Counted from the stretch's first letter, positions 1-9,885 are shown. The stretch is 64,000 nt of DNA from Leptolyngbyaceae cyanobacterium (GCA_965263355.1 CBDHHL010000056.1:1024001-1088000); one strand, 5' to 3'. Notes: generated by a model from the sequence alone, not told the origin. Numbers and translations are program-made.

Positions 1-1230
1 ATTCCATTCAGACCAGAGTAAGGGGAAATTGCCCACCTGATAGCCACCTTCCCCCAGATCCCAGGGTTCTGCAATCAGTTTGGTTGTCGATAGTACTGGA
101 TCTTGATGAATAATATGAAAAAAGGCAGCGAGACTATTCACCTCGTATAGTTCACGGGCCAGGGCTGACGCTAAATCAAACCGGAAACCGTCCACATGCA
201 TTTCCTGTACCCAGTAACGCAGGCTGTCCATAATTAACTTGAGCACTTGGGGATGGCATACATTTAGAGAATTACCACAGCCGGTAAAGTCCATATAGTA
301 GCGGGGAGTACGCTCCACCAGCCGATAGTAAGCTTCATTGTCGATACCCCGTAGGGACAGGGTAGGGCCAAAGTGATTACCTTCCCCCGTGTGGTTATAC
401 ACCACATCTAAAATGACCTCGATACCTTCCTGGTGTAGCGCCTTGACCATGGCCTTAAACTCATTTACCTGACCGCCCTCATCCCCAGCGGCACTGTAGC
501 CGGCAAAGGGAGAAAAATAGTTAATTGAGTCATAGCCCCAGTAATTATGCAGACCAACACTGACTAAATGCCCAGGGTAAGCATTGTAATGGTGGACGGG
601 TAGCAGCTCGACAGCGGTCACACCCAAGGCTTTGAGATGCTCAATGGCGGCAGGATGGCTCAGACCAGCATAGGTGCCCTGGAGTTCAGGTGGAATATTG
701 GGATGCTGGCGGGTAAATCCCTTGACATGGACTTCGTAGATGATCGTTTCATGCCAGGGGGTATCGGGATGACGGTCATCGCCCCAATCAAAGTGCTGAT
801 CGATAACGATGCCCTTGGGTACGTATGGCCGATTATCCAGGGTGGACTTTTCTAGGTCGCGATCGCTATCAGCAAAGCGGTCCATGGGATAGCCAAAAAT
901 AGCCGGGCCAAATTTCATATCACCGCTAATGGCTAGGGCATAGGGGTCTAACAGTAACTTATTAGGGTTAAATCGTTTACCCTCTTTGGGTTTGTAGGGA
1001 CCATAGGCACGGTATCCGTAGCGTTGCCCTGGTCCTACCTCCGGTAAATAACCATGCCATACATGGTTAGTCACCTCCGGTAGGGTAAACCGTTGTTCGT
1101 TACCCTGCGGATCAAACAGGCATAGCTCTATCGCCGTGGCATTTTCTGAGAAAACCGCAAAATTTGTACCCTGACCGTCCCAGGTAGCGCCCAAGGGATG
1201 GGAACGACCTGGCCATACTGCTAACGACAT
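1..1230 (-). CDS. glgX: Glycogen debranching enzyme (isoamylase), 5' part; runs off the window start
   Basis: Manual minus-strand translation from ATG at 1230: [40 protein letters not shown]...NYWGYDS...[10 protein letters not shown]...VDGFRFDLA...[10 protein letters not shown] (GH13 GlgX motifs). Absent from the ORF track because it is truncated by the edge. Confidence 0.95.
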   Translation of the reverse strand, partial: MSLAVWPGRSHPLGATWDGQGTNFAVFSENATAIELCLFDPQGNEQRFTLPEVTNHVWHGYLPEVGPGQRYGYRAYGPYKPKEGKRFNPNKLLLDPYALAISGDMKFGPAIFGYPMDRFADSDRDLEKSTLDNRPYVPKGIVIDQHFDWGDDRHPDTPWHETIIYEVHVKGFTRQHPNIPPELQGTYAGLSHPAAIEHLKALGVTAVELLPVHHYNAYPGHLVSVGLHNYWGYDSINYFSPFAGYSAAGDEGGQVNEFKAMVKALHQEGIEVILDVVYNHTGEGNHFGPTLSLRGIDNEAYYRLVERTPRYYMDFTGCGNSLNVCHPQVLKLIMDSLRYWVQEMHVDGFRFDLASALARELYEVNSLAAFFHIIHQDPVLSTTKLIAEPWDLGEGGYQVGNFPLLWSEWN

Positions 1231-1578
1231 GATGCAATACATCAAAACTGTCTTATATAGTAAGCCTCTGATTTTTTTCGCTGTTACCTGAAAACTAGAA
1301 GGCTGGCATTGAGAACAGCATAATCCCTAGACTCTGTCCGTATTCCAAGTTAATTTTGCGAAGAAAAAATGAAGGGCATCACCCCCTCTAAAAAGCTTTG
1401 GTGAGCTTTTTGCTTTATTAAACCTGGCTTAATTTAACATAATCTTTTCTTAATCTTATTTTTAATTTCCTTAACCTCCACTCGGTAGATTTTCATTAAG
1501 GGGAACCAGGCTAACCGCTAGTGGGTGGTCCTGAGTGGCAAAACAGAAATTTTTCCATAGAGAGCTTTAAGTATTAGT

Positions 1579-3495
1579 ATGAAACGGTTCGAATTATTAG
1601 GTCGCATGGCTGCTATGGCTGCGACCGTCAGTTTGGTGAGCTTGGCTGGAAATGAAGCGGCCCAGGCATTTAGTCTGACTATTTTGCATAATAATGACGG
1701 CGAATCTGACCTACTGATTGGAGATGACGGTTTTGGTGGCGTCGCTCAGTTTGTAGGTGAAGTCAATAACATTCGCAATAACGCAACGACAGATGATGTT
1801 TTAGTCCTTTCCTCTGGGGATAACTTTCTTCCAGGTAAGGAGTTTAATGCCAGCCTAGCTGACGGTGTTTTCTATGATGCCATTGGTCTACGTAATATTG
1901 GCTACGATGCCATTATTCTGGGGAACCACGACTTTGACTTTGGCCCCGAAATTCTGGCCGATTTCATCAGTGAATACAATGCTATCGGCGGGGGTGCGAC
2001 TTACCTGAGTGCTAACCTTGACTTCTCAGGCGAAGCAGGCCTTCAGGCACTTGTAGACAATGGCAGCATTGCTAAGAGCATCGTTGTTGAAAAAGCAGGC
2101 GAGCAAATTGGTATCGTTGGTGCAACTACGCCTAACTTGCCCTTTATTGCTAGCCCCGGCAACGTTGTTGTTAGTCAGGATGTACAAGCAGCTGTTCAAG
2201 CTGAGATTGATGCTCTAGACGCGGCTGGTGTAGAGAACATTATTTTTGTTAGCCACTTGCAAGGGGTAGCTGAAGATCAAGAACTGATCGCTCAGTTAAG
2301 TGGTGTGGATGTTGCGATCGCAGGTGGTGGTGACGAAATTCTCGACAGCGGCGACACTGGTAACCTGATTCCTGGTGATGAAGGTGAAGTAACAAATACT
2401 TACCCCATCACTGTTACCGATGCCGATGGCAATGATGTCCCCGTTGTCACCACAGCAGGTCAGTATCGCTACGTTGGTCAGCTAGTGGTTGAATTCGAAA
2501 ATGGTGTAGCTACCGTTATCGAGCCGGGTACAGTCAGTGACCCCGTTGCTGTTATTGGTGAAACAGATGCAGCCACTCAGAATGCTGTGTCTGCTCCAGT
2601 TGAAGCGGCTGTTGCTGTCATTGATAATAACGTTATTGCGACTTCTGACGTTGGTCTAGACGGTATTACCGACAATATCCGATCTCGTGAAACTAATCTG
2701 GGTAACCTGATTGCTGATTCCTTCCTATGGCAAGCCAATGAGGCTGCGGCTGACTTTGGCCTTGGCAGTGTGGATATTGCCCTTGCTAATGGTGGCGGTA
2801 TCCGTAACGATAACGTTCTGCCTGCTGGCGATTTGACTGAGGGTGACACGTTTGACATACTGCCCTTTACTAACTTCCTCAGTGTTTTTGAAGAGATTGA
2901 TGGTGTTACCCTCAAGAATCTGCTTGAGAATGCCGTCTCTCGTATTGTTCTAGATGCTAACGGTGAGCCCCAGCGTGAAGGTGACGGTACAGGCCGCTTT
3001 GCTCAAATAGCGGGTCTTAGCCTTGAGTACAATCCTGAGCTAACAGCGCTGGCAATTGATGTGGATGGGAACATTACTACATCTGGTGAGCGCGTCATCA
3101 ACGTGACTCTCGATGATGGTACAGCCATCATTCAGGATGGTCAGATTCTACCCGATGCGCCCAGTGTTTCCTTGGCCATTGTTGATTTCTTAGCTCGTGG
3201 CGGTGACCAGTATCCCTTTGGTGATGCATCCTTCACTAACTTGGGTGTGACCTATCAACAAGCATTGGTTAACTACATCACCGATGAACTCGGGGGTGTA
3301 GTTTCAGCCGCTGACTATCCTGAGGGTGGTGAAGGCCGTACGTTAGTGACCAGTGCCCTACCCGTTGCCCCCCCGGTAGTGATTCCCCCGGTGGTTGTTC
3401 CCCCAACGTCTGAGTCTGTACCTGAGCCTGGCATGGTTGCTGGTCTAGTTGGGTTGGGCTTGTTTGGTGTCCGTCGCCTAAAGCGTCAAGCCTAA
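1579..3495 (+). CDS. Secreted 5'-nucleotidase (metallophosphoesterase + 5'-NT C-terminal domain) with PEP-CTERM sorting signal
   Basis: Signal peptide; LTILHNND, SSGDNF, LGNHDFDFG, NGGGIR, GRFAQIAG motifs; C-terminal VPEP-TM-RRLKR. Confidence 0.9.
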   Translation: MKRFELLGRMAAMAATVSLVSLAGNEAAQAFSLTILHNNDGESDLLIGDDGFGGVAQFVGEVNNIRNNATTDDVLVLSSGDNFLPGKEFNASLADGVFYDAIGLRNIGYDAIILGNHDFDFGPEILADFISEYNAIGGGATYLSANLDFSGEAGLQALVDNGSIAKSIVVEKAGEQIGIVGATTPNLPFIASPGNVVVSQDVQAAVQAEIDALDAAGVENIIFVSHLQGVAEDQELIAQLSGVDVAIAGGGDEILDSGDTGNLIPGDEGEVTNTYPITVTDADGNDVPVVTTAGQYRYVGQLVVEFENGVATVIEPGTVSDPVAVIGETDAATQNAVSAPVEAAVAVIDNNVIATSDVGLDGITDNIRSRETNLGNLIADSFLWQANEAAADFGLGSVDIALANGGGIRNDNVLPAGDLTEGDTFDILPFTNFLSVFEEIDGVTLKNLLENAVSRIVLDANGEPQREGDGTGRFAQIAGLSLEYNPELTALAIDVDGNITTSGERVINVTLDDGTAIIQDGQILPDAPSVSLAIVDFLARGGDQYPFGDASFTNLGVTYQQALVNYITDELGGVVSAADYPEGGEGRTLVTSALPVAPPVVIPPVVVPPTSESVPEPGMVAGLVGLGLFGVRRLKRQA

Positions 3496-3562
3496 AAGTA
3501 AGTAGGAAATTAAGCGGGGTGACGGTGTAGATTGACGCCTTAACCATCTTGACAAACCAGTT

Positions 3563-3602
3563 AAAAAGCAGAGAAACCACCAGCGGATTTCTCTGCTTTT
3601 TT
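3563..3602 (+). terminator. Intrinsic terminator after the 5'-nucleotidase gene
   Basis: AAAAAGCAGAGAAA / TTTCTCTGCTTTTT inverted repeat with T-run. Confidence 0.8.
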
Positions 3603-3711
3603 GTGATAAAAATCACATGAGCCTTAACAATCGATCACTCAAATTTTTGTGGAAATCGAGCCACAATAAATGAATTCGTAAATATATAGAGTTGTGAAAA
3701 TCGCTAAATCA

Positions 3712-3834
3712 ATGCCCAAAGTTTGTACTAAACCTTTGAAGCAGCAGCCATTTCATACCTATCGTGATCCCAAAACTGGGCGTTGGTATGTGATCCGTAA
3801 ACCGGCTCCTATGAAACTCGCTGCTGTAAAGTAG
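3712..3834 (+). CDS. Small 40-aa hypothetical protein
   Basis: Manual translation MPKVCTKPLKQQPFHTYRDPKTGRWYVIRKPAPMKLAAVK; fills the gap upstream of pip; below the ORF-track size cutoff. Confidence 0.55.
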   Translation: MPKVCTKPLKQQPFHTYRDPKTGRWYVIRKPAPMKLAAVK

Positions 3835-3906
3835 TTTTTGTAAAATCAACATAGGAATATGCTGTTTGGGTGCGACAATAGCGAGGAAAATCGTCGCTAG
3901 TCCCTG

Positions 3907-4854
3907 ATGCCCCAAGCCTATCCCCCCATTGCCCCCTACCGACAGGGGCACCTGTCAGTTTCTTCGCTTCATACGCTCTATTTTGAAGAGGTCGGGAACC
4001 CAACGGGTAAACCTGTTGTGTTTTTACACGGTGGCCCTGGGGGAGGAACGGTGCCATTTTATCGCCAGTTTTTTGATCCAGAACGGTGGCGTATCATTCT
4101 CTTTGACCAAAGGGGATGTGGGCAAAGCACTCCCCGTGCTGAGCTGGTTGATAACACCACCTGGGACTTGGTGGATGATATTGAACGATTGCGATCTCAC
4201 CTCGCCATTGATCGATGGACTGTCTTTGGTGGCAGCTGGGGGAGTACCCTTGCTCTGGCCTATGCCCAGCGCTATCCGCAACAATGTACAGGGCTGATTT
4301 TGCGGGGTATTTTTATGCTGCGGCCCAAGGAGATTCGTTGGTTTTACCAAGAAGGTGCCAGCTATATTTTTCCGGATGCTTGGGAGCATTATTTGGCACC
4401 CATTCCTGAAACAGAGCGCCACGATTTAGTGACGGCTTACTACCAACGCTTAACCAGTCCTGAGCCACAGATTCGCCAGCAAGCAGCTCGGGCCTGGGCT
4501 ATGTGGGAAGCTAGTACCAGCTATCTGATTCAAAACCCCCAAATCATTGAGCGATTTAGCCAGGATGAGTTTGCTGATGCCTTTGCCCGGATTGAATGCC
4601 ACTACTTTATCAATGGTGGCTTCTTTAATCCGGCTGATCAGCTCCTAAAACATATCGCTAAAATTCGCCATATTCCAGCTGTGATTGTTCAGGGGCGCTA
4701 TGACATGGTGTGCCCCATGGCATCCGCCTGGGAATTACATTGTACCTGGCCCGAAGCAGAGCTAGTTGTTATTCCCGATGCCGGACATTCAGCAACGGAA
4801 CCCGGTATTTTGAGCGCCTTAGTGGAGGCAACCAATCGGTTTGCCCTCATGTAA
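3907..4854 (+). CDS. pip: Proline iminopeptidase (alpha/beta hydrolase S33)
   Basis: FLHGGPGGG, FDQRGCG, GGSWGSTL nucleophile motif, QGRYD, DAGHS. Confidence 0.95.
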   Translation: MPQAYPPIAPYRQGHLSVSSLHTLYFEEVGNPTGKPVVFLHGGPGGGTVPFYRQFFDPERWRIILFDQRGCGQSTPRAELVDNTTWDLVDDIERLRSHLAIDRWTVFGGSWGSTLALAYAQRYPQQCTGLILRGIFMLRPKEIRWFYQEGASYIFPDAWEHYLAPIPETERHDLVTAYYQRLTSPEPQIRQQAARAWAMWEASTSYLIQNPQIIERFSQDEFADAFARIECHYFINGGFFNPADQLLKHIAKIRHIPAVIVQGRYDMVCPMASAWELHCTWPEAELVVIPDAGHSATEPGILSALVEATNRFALM

Positions 4855-4868
4855 AAATGCTGGTGCAA

Positions 4869-5342
4869 TCAGCCCAACACTACCACAGCTATTGAAACAA
4901 ACGCGATCACCAAGGTCAGGCTCACAATGCGTTTTAGTGCCATGGTCCGGCGGTATTGATGGAGCGTGGGCAGTGGGGTCTCCCTATGGTTTAAACGGTT
5001 GTGAGGAGGGCAGCCTTGGTAGTCAAGCTGATTATTGTGGATAGCTTGATTCGCCCAAGGATCGATGGTGTATAAACAGGGCTTGAGTAAGGAATCAAGT
5101 TCTTTATCCCGCCAACCGGCAGAGGCTAGGAGCTGTCGGGCTCGATGAAGTGTGGTGGGCGTAATGGTTGTAGCTTTTATTACATCCCCATCGTTTTTTT
5201 GGTGAGTTTGGTTGCCTAGCTGATGAAATGCGGCTTGAGGCAGAGGGAATACAAGTACACCGTTAATTTCACCAGGAAACCAGCCCTCAGTTAGCAATAA
5301 CTCTGCGACATCCAGTTCTGTTTTCAGCGAGAGAGCGCTCAT
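4869..5342 (-). CDS. Hypothetical protein with C-terminal transmembrane helix
   Basis: 157-aa ORF convergent with pip; hydrophobic C-terminus. Confidence 0.6.
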   Translation of the reverse strand: MSALSLKTELDVAELLLTEGWFPGEINGVLVFPLPQAAFHQLGNQTHQKNDGDVIKATTITPTTLHRARQLLASAGWRDKELDSLLKPCLYTIDPWANQAIHNNQLDYQGCPPHNRLNHRETPLPTLHQYRRTMALKRIVSLTLVIAFVSIAVVVLG

Positions 5343-5743
5343 CGATCACGCTATATAAGTGTTCTCACTGAAACTAACATAGCCTTCTTGACTATCCTTA
5401 AGGCGGTCTGAGGCTATTACATAGGTTTCATCGAAGTGGCTGCGTAGCTGAACTATCCTTCATCAGGATTTCATGGCGGTGGCTGACTGGAACTTCTATT
5501 TAAGCCAGTTGTCGTAGGACAGTAGGCATGATCCGACAGGTGTATTTATTTGAGAAAAGAATTTCTACGTTGGAAAATCTATGAGGAAACAAGCAAAATT
5601 GTTGTGAAGGATTGGTTATTCGCCATGAGCCCCAGTGCTTGTTTCTGTAACTGTAAACACTGATTAAATTATTAATTTCATGTCTAAGCTACCGCTATCG
5701 CACTGATCTGGTTTTGCCCTGAGATGATTAGGCTAAGGGTAGC

Positions 5744-6913
5744 TTGGGCATTAATAACGACAGGAATACTGATTTATTTATTATGGATATGTATAGTTGG
5801 TACGCACGACAACGAGCACGTTTGGCCTACCGGCGTGGTTGCACATTGGCAAGACAGGGAAATCATCAGAGTGCGATCGCAATTCTATCCAAAGCATTAG
5901 CCTATTCTTCTGATCCGGCATCCGTATATGTGACCCGTGGCTTAAGCTATCGTGCTTTGGGCCAACTAGACAGCGCCCGTCAAGATTTTATAGCGGCCAT
6001 TAACAGTGCAGAAAATCCAGCAGTTGCCTACTTTCAGCGTGGTCGCCTGGCCTGTGAACAAGGAGATATAGCTGCCGCCCTAAGTGACTGGCAACAGGCA
6101 ATTCATGTGAGTCCTAACTATGCAGAGGCTCACTACCAGCTTGGTGTGGTTCAAAGTCAACACCATGACTGGACAGCGGCACTAGCCAGTTTTGACTGCG
6201 TCCTAACGATCAATCCCAACTGGGCTGAGGCCTATTTAAAGCGTGGTAATGTCCGTCATCAGCTAGAAGATTTAGACGGGGCCAGAGCCGATTGGCAACT
6301 GGCGGTGCTCAATGATGCATCATTAGCGCAGTTGGTACCCCCTGTTGCCCAACCAGATGGGTTAACCCCGATTAGAGAGCTACTGCAAGCAGCACTTCAG
6401 CCCATTAAGGTAGATGTTAAACAACGGGGCAAACACCTGGAAATTTCGCTTAAGCGTCAAGTGGGTGAAGGGGTAAGTTATTTCACGCTGCCCAATCAAA
6501 TCCGTGATTTGCTATTGCCCCTAGAATTGTCAGAAATCACTAAGTTTACGCTGATTGGCTATGTGGGGAATGTACGTGGCTCCGAATGGGACAAAAGCTA
6601 TGACCTATATAAAGATCAACCCTGTCCACCTAGCCATTGGTCAACCGCACTTGCCGCACTAGTCACGTTTCCACCCTTAGGAGTAACTGCCTTACTCTAT
6701 GCCAGTCAGGTACAACGATTTTATCGTCGTGGTCAGTACCCTGATGCTCGTCGGGCGTCCAAAGCGGTTAGACATTTATCATTGGTTGGCACTGGTGCAA
6801 TGTGCCTACTGGCATCCTTACCCCTAGCTTACACAGCAGTCAAATCAATTCAAAATGAGCCTGCCCCCCCCGTTAGAACAGCACGGGCGATTGATTATGA
6901 CTTTATTCAATAG
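5744..6913 (+). CDS. TPR-repeat protein with C-terminal CD225/dispanin-like membrane domain (start may be ATG 5783)
   Basis: Repeated AY..RG TPR units; PPSHW...FPPLGVTALLYASQV...GQYPDARRASKAV resembles dispanin. Confidence 0.75.
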   Translation: MGINNDRNTDLFIMDMYSWYARQRARLAYRRGCTLARQGNHQSAIAILSKALAYSSDPASVYVTRGLSYRALGQLDSARQDFIAAINSAENPAVAYFQRGRLACEQGDIAAALSDWQQAIHVSPNYAEAHYQLGVVQSQHHDWTAALASFDCVLTINPNWAEAYLKRGNVRHQLEDLDGARADWQLAVLNDASLAQLVPPVAQPDGLTPIRELLQAALQPIKVDVKQRGKHLEISLKRQVGEGVSYFTLPNQIRDLLLPLELSEITKFTLIGYVGNVRGSEWDKSYDLYKDQPCPPSHWSTALAALVTFPPLGVTALLYASQVQRFYRRGQYPDARRASKAVRHLSLVGTGAMCLLASLPLAYTAVKSIQNEPAPPVRTARAIDYDFIQ

Positions 6914-7142
6914 GTGTCGTATTGCTTTACTAGACAACGTTCGCCCTCGGGTACTGCTGTCATAGAGGAATGGCGGCCCTGGCGATCAGTCGCGGCCAGG
7001 CTACTGTGGCATTTTTATCTGAGTGAACGGCGACAGGTTTATCCCACTCTAAATTAGGATTTTTTTAGCTACATCCGGAATCATCAATTCTCAACGTGTT
7101 ACTGACTATAGCTCTCTAAGAGAATGTAGCTCTAACAGCGAA

Positions 7143-7180
7143 TTTATGGTTTTAATGCTATCCAGCATTAAAACCATAAA
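7143..7180. repeat. 17-bp perfect inverted repeat (hairpin/terminator-like)
   Basis: TTTATGGTTTTAATGCT-atcc-AGCATTAAAACCATAAA. Confidence 0.7.
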
Positions 7181-7195
7181 GTTCTTCAAAATGGG

Positions 7196-7224
7196 TGGAC
7201 ATTATCATGCTACACGTGTAGCAT
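7196..7224 (+). promoter_or_regulatory. Sigma70-type promoter overlapped by a perfect 18-bp palindromic operator
   Basis: TGGACA-17nt-TAGCAT; ATGCTACACGTGTAGCAT at 7207-7224; further GCTACA/TGTAGC half-sites near 7068 and 7123. Confidence 0.6.
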
Positions 7225-7324
7225 AGTGAGTGACATAGAAAAAGCGACCCGGTCGAGTTGCTTTGGTTTGGCGTAATCTGCGTCCTTATTTATCAATTAT
7301 TCTGACACCAAAGGTATAGGTCCC

Positions 7325-7591
7325 ATGAAGTTCTCTATAGAATTCAGCGTCATGCATAGATATTTAAATCTGTTTGGCCGTTTGACACGGGTGGTGCGGT
7401 GTCTAGGGATGGGATTTAGTTATCCGACCATTGGTGACCTTTGGACCAACGTAATTGATCACGCTGAATCAGAGCGTTGTGACGCGAGTAAATTATTCCA
7501 TGGCTCGATTATAGGTTATCTCAACCAACCAAAACTCAACCGACATAAACGAAGCGGGGAACCCAGGCGCTTAGCCACGTTACCCATCTAA
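7325..7591 (+). CDS. Putative leader peptide / small hypothetical protein upstream of the HNH gene
   Basis: ORF ending KRSGEPRRLATLPI immediately before a terminator hairpin; its 3' end contains a sequence complementary to the terminator's 5' arm. Confidence 0.5.
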   Translation: MKFSIEFSVMHRYLNLFGRLTRVVRCLGMGFSYPTIGDLWTNVIDHAESERCDASKLFHGSIIGYLNQPKLNRHKRSGEPRRLATLPI

Positions 7592-7616
7592 CCCCAAGAC
7601 CAACGCAGGTTTTTGG

Positions 7617-7657
7617 CCCCCGCTTCCCGGACCCGGAAGCGGGGGTTGATTATTTTT
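7617..7657 (+). terminator. Attenuator-type terminator hairpin before the HNH gene
   Basis: CCCCCGCTTCC (7617-7627) / GGAAGCGGGGG (7635-7645) followed by TTGATTATTTTT. Confidence 0.7.
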
Positions 7658-7667
7658 AGACATTTTT

Positions 7668-8207
7668 TTGGACTCCGAGGGCTTAGCCATGACATTACAA
7701 CCGTATAAGCACGTATTGCCCAAACATCGACCCATCGTCCTCTTTTCCAAAAATTACCTTCCCATGGCGCGAATTAATTTGAAGCGAGCAACGGTTCTTT
7801 TAGTAACAGGTCGGGCAGAACCTGTAGATCTAATCGGGAAAACCTGGCAGATGCGATCGCCCAGCCTAACCCTTGAGATTCCTGAGCATATTCGTCTGCG
7901 GGCTGGGGATAGCGATCGCATCTGGAAGACGCCACCGGTTAATCGTCGCGAAGTCCTGCGGCGCGATGGCCATACTTGTCAATATTGCGGTAGCAAGCGG
8001 CAGCTCACGCTGGATCATGTGGTGCCGCGATCGCAAAGTGGCTCTCACACGTGGGATAACGTGGTTACCGCGTGCGCCCCCTGCAATGCCCGCAAAGGGG
8101 CCTTTACCCCTGAGGTTGCCAATATGCAGCTCAGGCGACGCCCCAAAGCGCCTATGCATCCAGTTGTCGCTTTTGCAAAAAATTTCTGGAAAGAGCAGAA
8201 GATTTAA
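7668..8207 (+). CDS. HNH endonuclease (McrA-like; start probably ATG 7689)
   Basis: RREVLRRDGHTCQYCG...LTLDHVVPRSQSG..TWDNVVTACAPCNARKG. Confidence 0.9.
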   Translation: MDSEGLAMTLQPYKHVLPKHRPIVLFSKNYLPMARINLKRATVLLVTGRAEPVDLIGKTWQMRSPSLTLEIPEHIRLRAGDSDRIWKTPPVNRREVLRRDGHTCQYCGSKRQLTLDHVVPRSQSGSHTWDNVVTACAPCNARKGAFTPEVANMQLRRRPKAPMHPVVAFAKNFWKEQKI

Positions 8208-8263
8208 TAGTTTGTGCCGCCGTCGGCATGTGATTGCCCTACTATCCATGGAGATTGTCAGCC

Positions 8264-8650
8264 GTGTTAAAGCTGAACTATAACGATTTCGGCTTATTCC
8301 TTGAACGGGTACCTATATCGTGGGAAACAGTTGCTAATCAGCGAGTCATATTAGCGATGCGCTCTGGTGAGCCCTTGCATCTAGACCCTAGCTGGGCTTC
8401 CTTTTTGTTACCTGTTGAATTATCTGGTGTTACTCGGCTTAAGTGCTTGCTACGGAAATATTCAGCAGATGCGATCGCACTAACCAAAGTTGACGATGAA
8501 TTTGTTGAAGTCAGCCTGAAAGGGATTTGGATGGCGAGTAGCGTTAACGCTGAATCTGGCACCTTTATTACTGCCCTTGCCTCTGAAAGCGAAATGTTAA
8601 TCTATGAACTGTGGCAAGCGACCCAACGACAGAATGCATATTTTGTATAA
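8264..8650 (+). CDS. Conserved cyanobacterial protein, alr0857-like family
   Basis: From GTG 8264: LKLNYND.G.FLER...RVILAMRSGE.LHLDPSWASFLLP...GIWMAS...ESGTFI; recalled resemblance to the family that follows HNH genes in cyanobacteria. Confidence 0.65.
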   Translation: MLKLNYNDFGLFLERVPISWETVANQRVILAMRSGEPLHLDPSWASFLLPVELSGVTRLKCLLRKYSADAIALTKVDDEFVEVSLKGIWMASSVNAESGTFITALASESEMLIYELWQATQRQNAYFV

Positions 8651-8939
8651 CTGTTGAAGGTGAACTTAAAACGTTTTTTACTGTAGTTTTACAGTAGAGG
8701 TTGTGTCTTTAGTCAACATCTCCAGTTCCCTCTTTTGATCAGGGGGAACTAGGGGGACGTTGCGATCGCTAATATAAGTTTCCCCCTCCTGAAGTGCTCT
8801 TCTATGGGGGGAAACGTTAAGCTGGACAAATCTTGTCTATGTTAAGCATGTAAACATGTGAAACAATTGCCCATATTAAGTAGATGATCCTAATTAGTTA
8901 TCATCCCAACTCTGAATTCGTTAAACCCGATTAAAAATG

Positions 8940-9008
8940 GACAATCCTGTAGGGGCACTCCCTTGTGGATGCCCTGCGATATCGGCTGCTACTAACCAGG
9001 ATTTCGTA
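8940..9008 (+). repeat. REP-like dispersed repeat, copy 1 (long copy also at 16633-16701; core also at 60202-60228)
   Basis: GACAATCC.GTAGGGGCACTCCCTTGTGGATGCCCT.CGATA....TGCTACTA...AGG.TTTCGTA. Confidence 0.7.
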
Positions 9009-9524
9009 TAAAACAAACGCTAAACGGTTTGTTTATATCTTACAAAAGATTAAATACACTTACTTACTAGAGGAGAATCAATACCTCCTCTTCTATCTCT
9101 TGCTGAAAAATACTGCATCTGCAACAGACTCCATAAACATAAGCAGCCTATTACATAAGCCGCAAAAACTTCTTTCCTAACAGGAGAATTACCATGCATT
9201 TTGCTGCACCGATTTTTCTTACCTTGAGCCATAAGCTCTTTAAGCATTTACAACTTCCAAGACAACAACGATCGCCCAACCTAAGTTCACCCAACGAGAG
9301 AAATTCAACAACATCCATTGACAGACATCATGCTGACACTGGAAACAAAGCACAAAAGGTAAAGCGACTTTATCCCCTTGAACGCAACCCCTTTACATAA
9401 GGACTGGGAAGATCCAGAAAGATTCTCTATGTCTATTTTGTTTTTACCCGAGATCCAAGACCACCCACAAAAACCCCTTACAAGCATAGACTCGAGAATC
9501 TCTCAAAAAATCTCCCAAAACCTC

Positions 9525-9553
9525 TTGACACCTTGTAGCGCATTTTGTATTAT
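9525..9553 (+). promoter_or_regulatory. Sigma70 promoter of the tRNA array
   Basis: TTGACA (9525-9530)-17nt-TATTAT (9548-9553), about 100 nt before the first tRNA; TGTAGC in the spacer. Confidence 0.75.
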
Positions 9554-9627
9554 AGAAATAACGCAAGGCGCACTACGAACTTAAGTTTCGAAGATAAGTA
9601 TTAAGCAAATCATCAAGACTCAATCAA

Positions 9628-9641
9628 GAACCTTGAAAACT
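9628..9641 (+). promoter_or_regulatory. boxA-like antitermination element
   Basis: GAACCTTGAAAACT matches the boxA of cyanobacterial rrn spacers and sits just before the first tRNA. Confidence 0.65.
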
Positions 9642-9656
9642 AAATAGTTCTCTTTT

Positions 9657-9730
9657 GGGGGTGTAACTCAGTGGTCTAGAGTGCCTGTCTGTCGAACAGG
9701 AAGTCGCGAGTTCAAATCTCGTCACCCCCG
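9657..9730 (+). tRNA. trnD: tRNA-Asp(GTC)
   Basis: GGGGGTG/CACCCCC acceptor; CCTGT-CT GTC GA-ACAGG; T-loop TTCAAAT. Confidence 0.9.
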
Positions 9731-9736
9731 CCTTAT

Positions 9737-9813
9737 AGCCTTGTGGGCGATTAGATAAGCCGCTATGGTTCTCAGCCATAGAGAAGCGGGTGCAACTCCC
9801 GTCAGGGCTCCCA
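9737..9813 (+). tRNA. trnE: Non-canonical tRNA, anticodon CTC (Glu), CCA encoded
   Basis: AGCCTTG/CAGGGCT acceptor; TATGG-TT CTC AG-CCATA; T-loop TGCAACT; atypical D arm. Confidence 0.55.
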
Positions 9814-9885
9814 AAGTTAACTCATGTCGAAGCTGTAGACGCTCTGGAGAAGAAACTTCAGGTTTGTAGCTTGGACATGGTTTAA

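Noticed and set aside
637..855. 72-aa + strand ORF
   Set aside because: Antisense shadow of glgX
6914..7084. Possible divergent RHH repressor (trcR-like) gene upstream of the operator
   Set aside because: Minus-strand frames I translated are interrupted by stops; no convincing RHH ORF
7668..8207. HNH as an IscB/Cas9-like RNA-guided nuclease
   Set aside because: Only 179 aa, with no RuvC or PLMP motifs and no adjacent array
8725..8815. CCCCC/GGGGG-rich imperfect palindromes
   Set aside because: Common cyanobacterial intergenic repeats; nothing specific
8965..9584. Several 60-70 aa ORFs before the tRNA promoter
   Set aside because: AT-rich, no recognisable motifs, mutually overlapping; probably non-coding or decayed
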